NCBI GenBank assembly: GCA_025358195.1
Contig: JANYKP010000059.1
Span: 1-36,046 of the forward strand
Source of the DNA: Cyclobacteriaceae bacterium
GTDB lineage: Bacteria; Bacteroidota; Bacteroidia; Cytophagales; Cyclobacteriaceae
Direction: 5' to 3'
DNA: 36,046 nucleotides
How positions within the stretch are numbered: the first letter of the stretch is position 1; every line of letters begins with the position of its first letter. Made by a program: the position numbers and the translations under genes. Below the pieces are notes generated by a model, which worked only from the letters and a program-made list of their open reading frames with translations, ran no database searches and had not been told where the DNA came from. Below, piece by piece: positions 27,382 to 36,046 of this stretch.

Positions 27382-28332
27382 TTAATATTTCTTCACGTTC
27401 ACGGAATCAATGCGAACTACCGCTGCGTAGGGTGGTAATCCCTTTAATGCAGGCAGAAATTTTTTCGTCTGTCCTTTTGAAATCGTTGCGTAGTCGAATG
27501 ATAAAGAAAGTGTGAGCTGCTCCATCAGGAATCGGTCATGTTCTTTTTGAGGTACCAGAAAAATACACCGGACACTGTCCTTCTCTACCTCAACTCCCCA
27601 GGGAGCTTTCGGCATTCGCAAGGTTACATCTCGAGTTATTTCTTCCACGGGACCAACATCAAACATTACTTCTGCTACAGGCGGGTTGCGGCTGATCAGC
27701 TCATTATTGGGGACCACAACTTCCACGCTTTCGCGAAAATTACGGTTGATCCTGGAGCCATTCACGTTCAATAGAATTGTGTCGCGCAGACTCTCTATTA
27801 AACTTTTGGGTCCTTGAAGCGTAACAGAGTCGGGTAACACAACAACCTTGCTGGTTCGTCCCAGATTTTTTCTGAATGAAAGGTTGTTAAGGGATGCCAC
27901 GAGTTTTATCTTACGCGGTACCCTGGGTTCGATTTTTAATCGAAGCGTATCAGTGACAATATAATTTACCTGGAGTGTCCCAATCTGGCTGGCGACAATT
28001 GGCGAGAGAGTGGCGGCCACAATTTTACGCATATCCGTTGGCCGCTCGAGCGTCATAGAGATCTTGGGGACTTTTAACCCCAGACTTCTCCGGAGTATTT
28101 CCCAACCATTCCCGTTCACGTTAAGTACCAAGGCTCCAGGCAATGGCTCTACGGCCACATACTTCGTGTTATCAAATTCAAACTGTAGCGGGAATCGAAG
28201 ATTTGTTGCGTAGTTTTTATTGAGAGCATTAAAAATCCAAAAGACAGCAGCTGCGAAAAAACAAAGTGACAGCGTTTTCCAATTGGTACGGTCAAACCGC
28301 AGCAGGTTGCTTATGGCACGTAGAAAATTCAA
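27382..28332 (-). CDS. YbbR/CdaR-like domain membrane-anchored protein
   Basis: N-terminal TM (FWIFNAL), PDSVTLQGP motif; conserved Bacteroidota position between yajC and coaE. Confidence 0.75.
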   Translation of the reverse strand: MNFLRAISNLLRFDRTNWKTLSLCFFAAAVFWIFNALNKNYATNLRFPLQFEFDNTKYVAVEPLPGALVLNVNGNGWEILRRSLGLKVPKISMTLERPTDMRKIVAATLSPIVASQIGTLQVNYIVTDTLRLKIEPRVPRKIKLVASLNNLSFRKNLGRTSKVVVLPDSVTLQGPKSLIESLRDTILLNVNGSRINRNFRESVEVVVPNNELISRNPPVAEVMFDVGPVEEITRDVTLRMPKAPWGVEVEKDSVRCIFLVPQKEHDRFLMEQLTLSLSFDYATISKGQTKKFLPALKGLPPYAAVVRIDSVNVKKY

Positions 28333-28365
28333 AGGTTATACTTGAACATTCAAATGATTAAACAG

Positions 28366-28683
28366 CTACGTCGACGCCTTTTTAGCATTCGCAGCTTTAG
28401 TTGACTCCATGGAAACGGAAGATTTGGCGAACTTGATACGGGCTCCGCGTTCAAATTCAATGATAAACGTGTCATCTTCAATCTCTGCTATCCGGCCATA
28501 CGCGCCGCCAATGGTCACAATGAGATCGCCTTTTTTCACTTCTTCCACAAATTTTTTCTGGTCTTTGGCCTTCTTTTGTTGTGGGCGAATCATGAAGAAA
28601 TAGAAAATACCAATGATAGCCACCATAAAAATCATGGAGGGCCAACTGCTGCCTTGTGCTTGTAAAATAATGATAAGAGTCAT
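28366..28683 (-). CDS. yajC: Preprotein translocase subunit YajC
   Basis: FYFFMIRPQQKK and KKGDLIVTIGG. Confidence 0.96.
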   Translation of the reverse strand: MTLIIILQAQGSSWPSMIFMVAIIGIFYFFMIRPQQKKAKDQKKFVEEVKKGDLIVTIGGAYGRIAEIEDDTFIIEFERGARIKFAKSSVSMESTKAANAKKAST

Positions 28684-28702
28684 GGTTAAAATTTTTGCCC
28701 AT

Positions 28703-28710
28703 CAAAGTTA
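28703..28710 (-). promoter_or_regulatory. Putative -7 promoter element (TAACTTTG) for yajC-YbbR-coaE
   Basis: Exact TAnnTTTG 19 nt upstream of the yajC ATG and downstream of the DUF1573 terminator. Confidence 0.6.
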
Positions 28711-28732
28711 GTAGTTTTTAGACTGTAAAGAC

Positions 28733-28777
28733 AAAACAAAAAAGTCCCCGCCCCGATATGTCGGGCCGGGGGACTTT
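28733..28777 (-). terminator. Intrinsic terminator after the DUF1573 gene
   Basis: AAAGTCCCC...CCCGA-TATG-TCGGG...GGGGACTTT GC-rich stem; a T-rich tail follows on the minus strand. Confidence 0.85.
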
Positions 28778-28798
28778 ACTTGATTTCTTTCGGGAAAA

Positions 28799-29341
28799 TT
28801 ACTTCGTAGGCCCGTTTGATTCAGCCTTGGGGGTTACCATGGCCTTGAATCGAAGGGTTGTGATTTTAGGCCATGTATTGGCCGTCACTGCAATAGTCTT
28901 GTTGTTGATGCCGCCTTTGCCATTTGTATCAAACTCAGCCGTGACGGAGCCCGTGCCACCAACGGGTATTGGCTCTTTTGTCCATGTAGGCACTGTGCAG
29001 CCGCAAGAAGGCGCTGCGCTTTGAATGATTAGCGGAGCCTCACCGGTATTTTTGACTTTGTAGATATAAGTAACCTTTTTGCCTTCAGTGACCGTACCAA
29101 AATCGTGATCAATTACTTCAAATTTGGCTATGGGTAATGGACCTTCCGGCTTTTCTTCTGTTACTGCAGCGACGGTTTGAGGCGTTGCAACGGCAGGGTT
29201 AGGAGCCGTTCCCTTATTGGTCTCTAATTGAGCAAGACGGCTTTCAAGTTCGGCAATGCGTTTTTCAGCTGCGCGGTCTTTGCAGGCGGTCATAAACAGT
29301 ACGGAGCCGGCAATTATCCAAATAGAAATATTCCTCTTCAT
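28799..29341 (-). CDS. DUF1573 domain lipoprotein
   Basis: Lipobox MTA-C; HDFGTV, KNTGEAPLII and PSCGCTVP motifs. Confidence 0.88.
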   Translation of the reverse strand: MKRNISIWIIAGSVLFMTACKDRAAEKRIAELESRLAQLETNKGTAPNPAVATPQTVAAVTEEKPEGPLPIAKFEVIDHDFGTVTEGKKVTYIYKVKNTGEAPLIIQSAAPSCGCTVPTWTKEPIPVGGTGSVTAEFDTNGKGGINNKTIAVTANTWPKITTLRFKAMVTPKAESNGPTK

Positions 29342-29458
29342 ATGTATATAATTTGATTTTTAACACTCCTAGCCTATTGGCAGGACAAAACAACCCCCAA
29401 AGTCTATTCAGTAAAATTATTCAGAAATTCGTAATGAAATAAATTCATTAACAAATCA

Positions 29459-29770
29459 TTAACTCTTTTTGCTTCCCCGGATTTGGGCCAACAGGTCATC
29501 AACATCCCCCAAGAGGCGCTCCGCTTTCCCTTTGGCTTCTGATACCACCTTTTGACCTTGAGATTTTGCTTCCGATGTCAGTTCGGTGTCCTTGCCGGAA
29601 ACCAAGTCTTCGATGAAATCCTCCAATACTTTTTTGTATTTATCTAAGCGATAAGAAAGTTTTCCCCGTGTGGTTGTGCCCTTATCAGGGGCATAAAGAA
29701 TACCCAAAATGGCCCCTGCTGCGGCCCCCGCAAGGAAGGCAACTAATGTATTGCTGCTTTTTTTACCCAT
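29459..29770 (-). CDS. YtxH domain protein
   Basis: AFLAGAAAGAILGILYAPDKGTTTR. Start set at ATG 29770, downstream of a -7 element. Confidence 0.9.
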   Translation of the reverse strand: MGKKSSNTLVAFLAGAAAGAILGILYAPDKGTTTRGKLSYRLDKYKKVLEDFIEDLVSGKDTELTSEAKSQGQKVVSEAKGKAERLLGDVDDLLAQIRGSKKS

Positions 29771-29789
29771 GACAAAATGACTTAGGAGG

Positions 29790-29797
29790 CAAAGATA
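29790..29797 (-). promoter_or_regulatory. Putative -7 promoter element (TATCTTTG) for the YtxH gene
   Basis: Exact TAnnTTTG 19 nt upstream of ATG 29770. Confidence 0.6.
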
Positions 29798-29855
29798 ATT
29801 CATTCATTTGATAGTCAATAGTACTAGGCCTAACATGGAAATCGACATAAACGGC

Positions 29856-30989
29856 CTACTTATTGTCCATCAGCCCGCGACCGCTTTTCTTGATTTTACC
29901 GGATTGCTGGAGGTCCTTGGCGATCACATCCAGAATTCCGTTTATGAATTGCCGGCTTTTTGGTGTGCTGTATTGTTTAGCCAGTTCAATGTACTCGTTG
30001 ATGGTAACCTTGACAGGAATATTGGCAAAATCAATCATCTCAGCGATGGCCATTCCCAATATCACACGGTCAGTCAGCGGAAGCCGGTCAACTTCCCAGT
30101 TCTTGGTGTTATTGGCAATGAGATCATGATACTCTTTATCCAATTTTGACGCAGACACAAAAAGTTTTTCGATAAAAATTTTATCTTCTTCCCAGTCAAG
30201 GGAAAGCTTTTGAATCTCCAGCGAACCCGATTTTTCATCCAGTGATTTAAGAGTTTTGTCTGACATGCTCCGCACGATCTCGTGGTCTTCCGCCCACCGC
30301 AAGTCCTCTTCTTCAAAGTAGGAATTGATAAGGGTATCTCCCAAAATAAGTTTCCGGACGAGATGCTTCACAAATGATCTATGAACTTCGATATCCGGTG
30401 TTTCCAGCGCACTGTACTTTTGAAACTCCTTATCCGATTTTATGCAATCTCTAAACCAACCCCTGACCATTTCCATACGTTGGTCCCAACCACCCCCCGA
30501 TCGAAGCGTTTCCTTTTTGAGATCCGTATTTTCCCGAAGGGCTATTACCACCGGATTGGAAGTAAAATTTTTTGAGCTGATTTTTTTATCCTGAGCTGCT
30601 ACGGAAGCAAAAGCGGGAAGAAGGTTTAAAATGGAATAATAAAACACGTTAATTTTCTCGACGTCCAGCGCAATGTTTTTGCGCAAATAATCAAAGTCCT
30701 TTTTTGTGAGCTTTTTGTGAAGAGAAAGGGCTTCTTCGATTGCCTGGCTAATTTTGGGGTCCGGGCTTTCCTTGACTGCCAGCCCCTGAAATTCTTTCTC
30801 AAATTGCTTAAGTGCCACCGCCTGCTGACTTTTTAACATGACCTTGTCCTGAATCTTCATAGAATTAAGGTCGGGCTGGAAAAACGCAGCAACATGGTCG
30901 TGCGCAATCAGGTAGTCAGCTTCTTTACATTGCTCATAGGCAAAGAGGCTTTGCATGATTTTGATCCGGAGAGTGCGTCTGTTAAGCAT
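29856..30989 (-). CDS. nusB: Transcription antitermination factor NusB (long Bacteroidota form)
   Basis: MLNRRTLRIKIMQSLFA start; C-terminal NWEVDRL, IPVKVTINEYIELAKQYSTPKSRQFINGILD and KSGRGL. Confidence 0.95.
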   Translation of the reverse strand: MLNRRTLRIKIMQSLFAYEQCKEADYLIAHDHVAAFFQPDLNSMKIQDKVMLKSQQAVALKQFEKEFQGLAVKESPDPKISQAIEEALSLHKKLTKKDFDYLRKNIALDVEKINVFYYSILNLLPAFASVAAQDKKISSKNFTSNPVVIALRENTDLKKETLRSGGGWDQRMEMVRGWFRDCIKSDKEFQKYSALETPDIEVHRSFVKHLVRKLILGDTLINSYFEEEDLRWAEDHEIVRSMSDKTLKSLDEKSGSLEIQKLSLDWEEDKIFIEKLFVSASKLDKEYHDLIANNTKNWEVDRLPLTDRVILGMAIAEMIDFANIPVKVTINEYIELAKQYSTPKSRQFINGILDVIAKDLQQSGKIKKSGRGLMDNK

Positions 30990-31100
30990 GGCAAGGAACG
31001 GTAAAAAAGAAGGGCGCAAGTTACATTTTGTAGTGGATAAATGGTTGATTTGAACTAAAATTCAATCGGCCCGTTTTATCTGCATCGTCTGAAGGCTTTC

Positions 31101-32888
31101 ATGAAAGAACTTTCGCATCTCAACAAATATCTCCTGAAGTACAAATGGCACCTCTTCTGGGGCCTGGTGTTTGTGCTCATCTCCAATGTATTTCAGATCG
31201 CTCCTGCCGTTATGGTGCGAAACGCCATTGACCTGGTGATGGATAATATCAAGGTATACAGGTCATTTGGGGCGACCAGTGCACAAAAAAAATTCTTTGA
31301 TGTGTTTGCCCAGGGCATCCTGTTGTATGCCGGACTGATACTTGTTATGGCGCTCTTGCGTGGGATTTTTTTGTATTTCGTTCGACAGACATTGATTGTC
31401 ATGAGTCGCCTCATTGAGTATGACATGAAAAACGAAATTTTTGAACATTATCAAACATTACCGTTGAGTTTCTTCAGACGTAATAATACAGGTGACCTGA
31501 TGAACCGGATTTCAGAAGATGTAGGTCGTGTGAGGATGTACCTTGGACCCTCTATTATGTATGGACTCCAGCTTTTTACCCTGTTTTTCATGCTCATTCC
31601 GGTAATGTTTATGATCAGTGTGAAGCTGACCTTGTTTGCTCTTATCCCCTTGCCATTCCTTTCGTTCAGCATTTATTATGTGAATACTATTATCGAGCGG
31701 AGGTCAGAAGAGATCCAAAAAAGCCAATCGAGACTCAGCACGTTCATTCAGGAGGCTTTTTCCGGCATCCGCGTCCTGAAATCTTTTACCCGTGAGAAGG
31801 AATCGGTTGAAAAATTCACCTTGGAAAATGATGTGTACAAACATCAATCGCTCCGACTTACGCGGGTACAATCACTTTTCTTTCCGGTGATGTTTGGTTT
31901 GATTGGCCTGAGCACTATCCTGACCGTTTATGAAGGAAGTGTCGAAGTGATCAATGGCTCACTCACGTTTGGCAACATCGCCGAGTTTATCATCTATGTC
32001 AACCTATTGACCTGGCCTGTGGCATCACTTGGCTGGACCAGCAGCCAGGTGCAACGCGCCGAGGTCTCACAAAAGCGAATCAACGAATTTCTTAAGACAA
32101 AGACAGACCTTATCTCCGAGAGAAATCTCGTTCATCAAATAGCCGGAAAGATTGAATTCAATAATGTCTCCTTCACGTACCCTGACACGGGAATAAGAGC
32201 CCTGAAAAACCTTTCTTTTGATATTCAGGCAGGGGAGTCCCTCGCCATTATTGGATCTACCGGTTCCGGCAAAAGTACGATCGCCAATCTTGTCTCGCGA
32301 TTGTATGATGTTACGGAAGGGGAGATCCGCATTGATGAGATTCCAATAAAGGAGTACAATCTTACATGCCTGCGGAGTCAGATTGGCTATGTACCGCAGG
32401 ATGTATTTCTTTTCAGTGATACAATTTATAACAATATAGCTTTTGGTCTCACCTCAGTGGAGGAACAAAAAATTGCGCAAGCCGCTAAGGATGCGGATGT
32501 GTATCAAAACATTATGAGTTTCCCCCTGGGGTTCAATACGAGGGTGGGAGAGCGAGGGATCACGCTTTCGGGTGGTCAAAAGCAACGCGTGTCGATTGCG
32601 AGGGCCATTGTGCGGGAACCAAAAATACTGATGCTCGATGATGCGCTTTCGGCGGTCGATACAAAGACAGAAAACACCATCCTCAACAGTATGAAGACGA
32701 TCATGCAAGGCCGTACCACGATCATCATTTCTCATCGCGTTTCCTCTGCTAAACTTGCGAATAAAATTATTGTGCTTAACGATGGCGTTCTGGCGGAAGA
32801 AGGCACACATGAAGCGCTGCTGGAACGTAACGGAATTTATCGAGAGCTCTATGAACGGCAAATGATGACGGACGAAGTTGAAAACTGA
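31101..32888 (+). CDS. ABC exporter half-transporter (TMD+NBD) with degenerate Walker B
   Basis: 6-TM domain, Walker A GSTGSGKS, signature LSGGQKQR, Walker B ILMLDD and SHR. Confidence 0.95.
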   Translation: MKELSHLNKYLLKYKWHLFWGLVFVLISNVFQIAPAVMVRNAIDLVMDNIKVYRSFGATSAQKKFFDVFAQGILLYAGLILVMALLRGIFLYFVRQTLIVMSRLIEYDMKNEIFEHYQTLPLSFFRRNNTGDLMNRISEDVGRVRMYLGPSIMYGLQLFTLFFMLIPVMFMISVKLTLFALIPLPFLSFSIYYVNTIIERRSEEIQKSQSRLSTFIQEAFSGIRVLKSFTREKESVEKFTLENDVYKHQSLRLTRVQSLFFPVMFGLIGLSTILTVYEGSVEVINGSLTFGNIAEFIIYVNLLTWPVASLGWTSSQVQRAEVSQKRINEFLKTKTDLISERNLVHQIAGKIEFNNVSFTYPDTGIRALKNLSFDIQAGESLAIIGSTGSGKSTIANLVSRLYDVTEGEIRIDEIPIKEYNLTCLRSQIGYVPQDVFLFSDTIYNNIAFGLTSVEEQKIAQAAKDADVYQNIMSFPLGFNTRVGERGITLSGGQKQRVSIARAIVREPKILMLDDALSAVDTKTENTILNSMKTIMQGRTTIIISHRVSSAKLANKIIVLNDGVLAEEGTHEALLERNGIYRELYERQMMTDEVEN

Positions 32889-33440
32889 TTACTTTGGAAA
32901 AAGTTTGACATATGTAAGTTTGTAGGTGATCGTTGTGTTACCTTCGTTCTCCACACGAACACCTTCCAGGATATCCGCAGTTTTATCAGTGGTGAACGTG
33001 TAGGAAGAGCTTTTATTTCCCGTGAAATGCTTGTACAATAAAATATTTCCATTGGTAGCAATGGTAAATTCTCCCACAACCGAATAGGTCGGGCGCAGCT
33101 CCTGATCCAGGGACAACTCCAGGTATTCCCTTCCGCCTTCTTCCAGATCGCGAAGGATGGCTACCTGAGCGTAATTCTCTTTGCGATCTGTGACTTTTTC
33201 TTTTTCGCCACCACCTAAAAAGCCCTTCCCTCTTTTTGTCACGGAGCCAGAAACAGAATAAATCCCTTCAATGGAGTTGAATTTTTCTTTTTTTAAATAA
33301 CGCTTGATAAGGGACTGAAAGTCTACCTGCTGGTAGGATGAAGCTACGCGCGCATGTTTCATTTGCTGCAGTTTTTGAACGGAACAACCTGACAACAACA
33401 AGACGATTATGAAAATAGGACCGAATATTTTTATGGACAT
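32889..33440 (-). CDS. Hypothetical lipoprotein
   Basis: Lipobox LLSG-C; beta-rich mature region with IEGIYSV; no family recognised. Confidence 0.7.
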   Translation of the reverse strand: MSIKIFGPIFIIVLLLSGCSVQKLQQMKHARVASSYQQVDFQSLIKRYLKKEKFNSIEGIYSVSGSVTKRGKGFLGGGEKEKVTDRKENYAQVAILRDLEEGGREYLELSLDQELRPTYSVVGEFTIATNGNILLYKHFTGNKSSSYTFTTDKTADILEGVRVENEGNTTITYKLTYVKLFPK

Positions 33441-33465
33441 TTCGAATTATTCAAAAGCCGCTGAA

Positions 33466-34179
33466 TCAGAACACATACCGCAAACCCACTCCACCCTGGA
33501 AGCGTTGATAGCCGGGGTCAATTAATGCATCGGTGTATACCTCTATTTCGATAAAGGCAGAGATCGGAAGGGAGAAATGCGAATATTCAAAACCAACCAC
33601 GGCTACCGGGCCATGGGTAGATCGCTGTTCTGTGAATTTTCCAAATTTACCGTCGCTCGGGCTGACGGAAAGATCCGTAAAGCTGTAGTCATATTGGAGT
33701 TTTGTATTGCGCCACTGCCACCCAAGCCCTGCGTAGAACTGCAAGCCCTTCGATATTTTTTCAGCATCCCATTGATATAAAAATTTTGTCTCCACGAACC
33801 AGTCACTGAGCGCTTTGTGTGCGAGGTACTGAATGCTTTGTTCTTTTTTCAAGGTATCGGGCAGGTACGTGGCGAATGCATCCCGGTAATAGCGGTTGTA
33901 CAACCCACTGGCTGCCTTGCCCACATCCACTGCAATGGCAAAGTGTTGGTCTGCATAGAATTTATAGCTGAGGGCAAAAGGATCCCCCAGCTTCAAACCA
34001 AAGCCCTGATACGGATACCGGCTTCCTTCCAGGAGTGGGCACATGATCCGGGCTTTGTTGCTGTTTACATGCGGGATCCGAAAGCCGGAGCTCCGTGGAC
34101 TTTTCCTGACTTGCGCAAATCCACAGGCCGTTCCAAGGAGCAGCACAAGCAAAATCCAAGTGGGTTTTGAACAACGCAT
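33466..34179 (-). CDS. Putative small outer-membrane beta-barrel protein
   Basis: Signal peptide (GFA-Q), amphipathic strands (GFGLKLGDP, FYAGLGWQ, VVGFEY) and C-terminal GVGLRYVF beta-signal. Confidence 0.72.
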   Translation of the reverse strand: MRCSKPTWILLVLLLGTACGFAQVRKSPRSSGFRIPHVNSNKARIMCPLLEGSRYPYQGFGLKLGDPFALSYKFYADQHFAIAVDVGKAASGLYNRYYRDAFATYLPDTLKKEQSIQYLAHKALSDWFVETKFLYQWDAEKISKGLQFYAGLGWQWRNTKLQYDYSFTDLSVSPSDGKFGKFTEQRSTHGPVAVVGFEYSHFSLPISAFIEIEVYTDALIDPGYQRFQGGVGLRYVF

Positions 34180-34184
34180 TAAAG

Positions 34185-34192
34185 CAAAGATA
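34185..34192 (-). promoter_or_regulatory. Putative -7 promoter element (TATCTTTG) for the beta-barrel/lipoprotein pair
   Basis: Minus strand reads TATCTTTG-CTTTA-ATG. Confidence 0.55.
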
Positions 34193-34242
34193 GCGGTTTT
34201 GCGTTAAAATATTGAGGGTAACCCCGGGCGGGGGAGTGCGTG

Positions 34243-36015
34243 TCAGACTACTTCTTTGTACTGCATTTTGTGAAGCTGAGCGTAGAATCCTTCCAGGCCA
34301 AGAAGATCTTCGTGCCGGCCAATTTCCTGAACCGCACCCTTGTCAAGCACGATGATTTTGTTCGCTTTTTGGATGGTAGAGAGCCGGTGAGCGATGACAA
34401 TAGATGTGCGGTGGCTCATCATCTTGCCGATGGCTTCCTGGATCATTTCTTCTGTTTCTGAATCCACGGAAGACGTGGCCTCATCGAGTATGAGGATTTT
34501 GGGATCGTACACCATTGCGCGGATAAAAGAAAGTAATTGTCGTTGACCAACGGAGAGGGTCGCGCCGCGCTCCATCACGTTGTAATCGAGTTTGCCAGGC
34601 AGGCGGTCAATGAATTTTTGAGCACCCACTAAGTCCGCCGCGTGCATGATCATCTCGTCGGTTACTTCCTGATTGCCGAGTGTGATATTGTTTCGAATGG
34701 TATCTGAAAAGAGAAAGACATCTTGTAAGACAACGCCGATATTTTTTCGTAGCGCTTGAAGATCATATTCTTTTATATCAACGCCGTCAATTTTTATGGA
34801 ACCCCGATTTATATCGTAAAAGCGGTTTAATAAATTAATGATGGAAGATTTACCGGCCCCGGTAGCGCCTACCATGGCAATCGTCTCTCCAGACTTAATT
34901 TCAAGATTGATATCTTTTAGAACATATTCAGCCTCGTTGTATGCAAACCAAACATGTTCAAATGTTACTTCACCTTTCAGCGACTCCGGCCTGTGGGTGC
35001 CATTGTCCATCCGATGTTCTGTGCTATCCAGAAGATTAATAATCCGGGAAGAACTGACAATACCCATTTGCAAGGTGTTGTATCGATCAGCAATCATTCG
35101 GATGGGACGGAAAAACATTTGGATATACATAATGAATGCGGTCAATGTTCCGATCGTAATGCCGGTTTGTTCAACGTTTAACACACTTTTGGCACCGTAC
35201 CACATTAATAGACCAATACCCATGGCCGCGATAATTTCGGCGACCGGAAAATAGACAGAGTAATAAAGTACTGATTTCAAGTTCGAATCAAGATGATCCT
35301 TGTTGATCTCTTTAAATTTTTCAAACTCACGTTTTTCGCTTCCAAAGATCTGTACAATGTTCATTCCGGTAAGATGCTCTTGAACAAATGAATTAAGATT
35401 GGACACGGCATTGCGCACATCATTAAAGGCGACTTTAATTTTCTCTTTAAATATGTACGTAGCGATAAACATCAGCGGAATGGTGGAAAGACTCACCAGC
35501 GACAACCGCCAGTCAGTCCAGAACATGAAGAAGAGTATGAAGACGATTTGAAGAAGGTCACCCATCATGGCGGCGAGCCCTTCGCTGAATACATCCGCTA
35601 ATGTTTCCACGTCGGAGATGGTGCGCGTTACCAACCGGCCAATGGGTGTCTTGTCAAAAAATTTGAGCCGTAAACCGATAATATGCTCGTACAATTTAAT
35701 GCGGATGTCACGAATTACGTATTGTCCGATACGCCCGGAAATGTAGGTATGAATGTATTGAAGAACCGATTGAAAAATTAAAAGACCGATAAGAAGCAGA
35801 ATGAAATAAACCATCATCTGGTAGTTGCCTACGGCAACATATTTATCCAGAATAATTTGCGTGAGATACACCCGGTACGGAGACAGAAACCCGAGGAAGA
35901 AAGTAAGTACAATTACAAAATAGAATTTGCCCTTGTACGGTTTAATGAATTGAAGAATTCGCTTTAATACCTTAAAGTCGATAATACTGCCGCTGCTGAC
36001 TTTTTCTTTTTCCAT
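34243..36015 (-). CDS. ABC exporter half-transporter (TMD+NBD) with degenerate signature
   Basis: 6-TM domain, Walker A GATGAGKS, signature LSVGQRQL, Walker B ILILDE and AHR. Start set at ATG 36015 (MEKEK). Confidence 0.95.
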   Translation of the reverse strand: MEKEKVSSGSIIDFKVLKRILQFIKPYKGKFYFVIVLTFFLGFLSPYRVYLTQIILDKYVAVGNYQMMVYFILLLIGLLIFQSVLQYIHTYISGRIGQYVIRDIRIKLYEHIIGLRLKFFDKTPIGRLVTRTISDVETLADVFSEGLAAMMGDLLQIVFILFFMFWTDWRLSLVSLSTIPLMFIATYIFKEKIKVAFNDVRNAVSNLNSFVQEHLTGMNIVQIFGSEKREFEKFKEINKDHLDSNLKSVLYYSVYFPVAEIIAAMGIGLLMWYGAKSVLNVEQTGITIGTLTAFIMYIQMFFRPIRMIADRYNTLQMGIVSSSRIINLLDSTEHRMDNGTHRPESLKGEVTFEHVWFAYNEAEYVLKDINLEIKSGETIAMVGATGAGKSSIINLLNRFYDINRGSIKIDGVDIKEYDLQALRKNIGVVLQDVFLFSDTIRNNITLGNQEVTDEMIMHAADLVGAQKFIDRLPGKLDYNVMERGATLSVGQRQLLSFIRAMVYDPKILILDEATSSVDSETEEMIQEAIGKMMSHRTSIVIAHRLSTIQKANKIIVLDKGAVQEIGRHEDLLGLEGFYAQLHKMQYKEVV

Positions 36016-36018
36016 AGG

Positions 36019-36046
36019 CCTCACCCCCGGCCCCTCTCCGGAGGAG
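36019..36046. repeat. REP-like GC-rich element (truncated by window end)
   Basis: CCTCACCCCCGGCCCCTCTCCGGAGGAG matches the first half of the widespread CCTCACCCC-nn-CCCTCTCC...GGAGAGGG palindromic repeat. Confidence 0.55.

Noticed and set aside
29856-30989. Unusually long NusB as a novel fusion
   Set aside because: An extended NusB is the normal Bacteroidota form.
34222-34235. CCCC-GGGC-GGGG mini hairpin after the minus-strand ABC gene
   Set aside because: Stem too short and no U-tract; cannot be called a terminator.

Overview
This is a gene-dense core-genome window from a Bacteroidota bacterium, probably Cytophagales (inferred from gene content, TAnnTTTG promoter elements and A-rich start regions lacking Shine-Dalgarno sites). 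In order, it contains: the 3' end of a DUF4271 gene; hemD; the type IX secretion/gliding cluster porP-gldK-gldL-gldM-gldN; a minus-strand run sprE(porW)-PBP1A-uvrC; a divergent run of M23 peptidase, bactofilin, atpZ/I-like genes and atpBEFHAG (atpDC absent); a UbiA-like protein plus methyltransferase; an SRPBCC protein; an orphan PAS histidine kinase followed by a YghO/ceramide-synthase-like GNAT protein and a DedA-like protein; the nusB-YtxH-DUF1573-yajC-YbbR-coaE cluster; and two convergent ABC half-transporters flanking a beta-barrel/lipoprotein pair. No tRNA, rRNA, CRISPR array or transposase was seen. The most notable observations are (1) two tandem CBM5/12-like modules inserted in GldN, (2) a long rod-like hairpin (candidate ncRNA) at 22376-22456, (3) a candidate ceramide synthase coupled to a DedA-type protein, (4) clustering of gliding, cell-wall and bactofilin genes, and (5) a split heterodimeric ABC exporter. 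All family assignments come from motif recognition by eye, not database searches.
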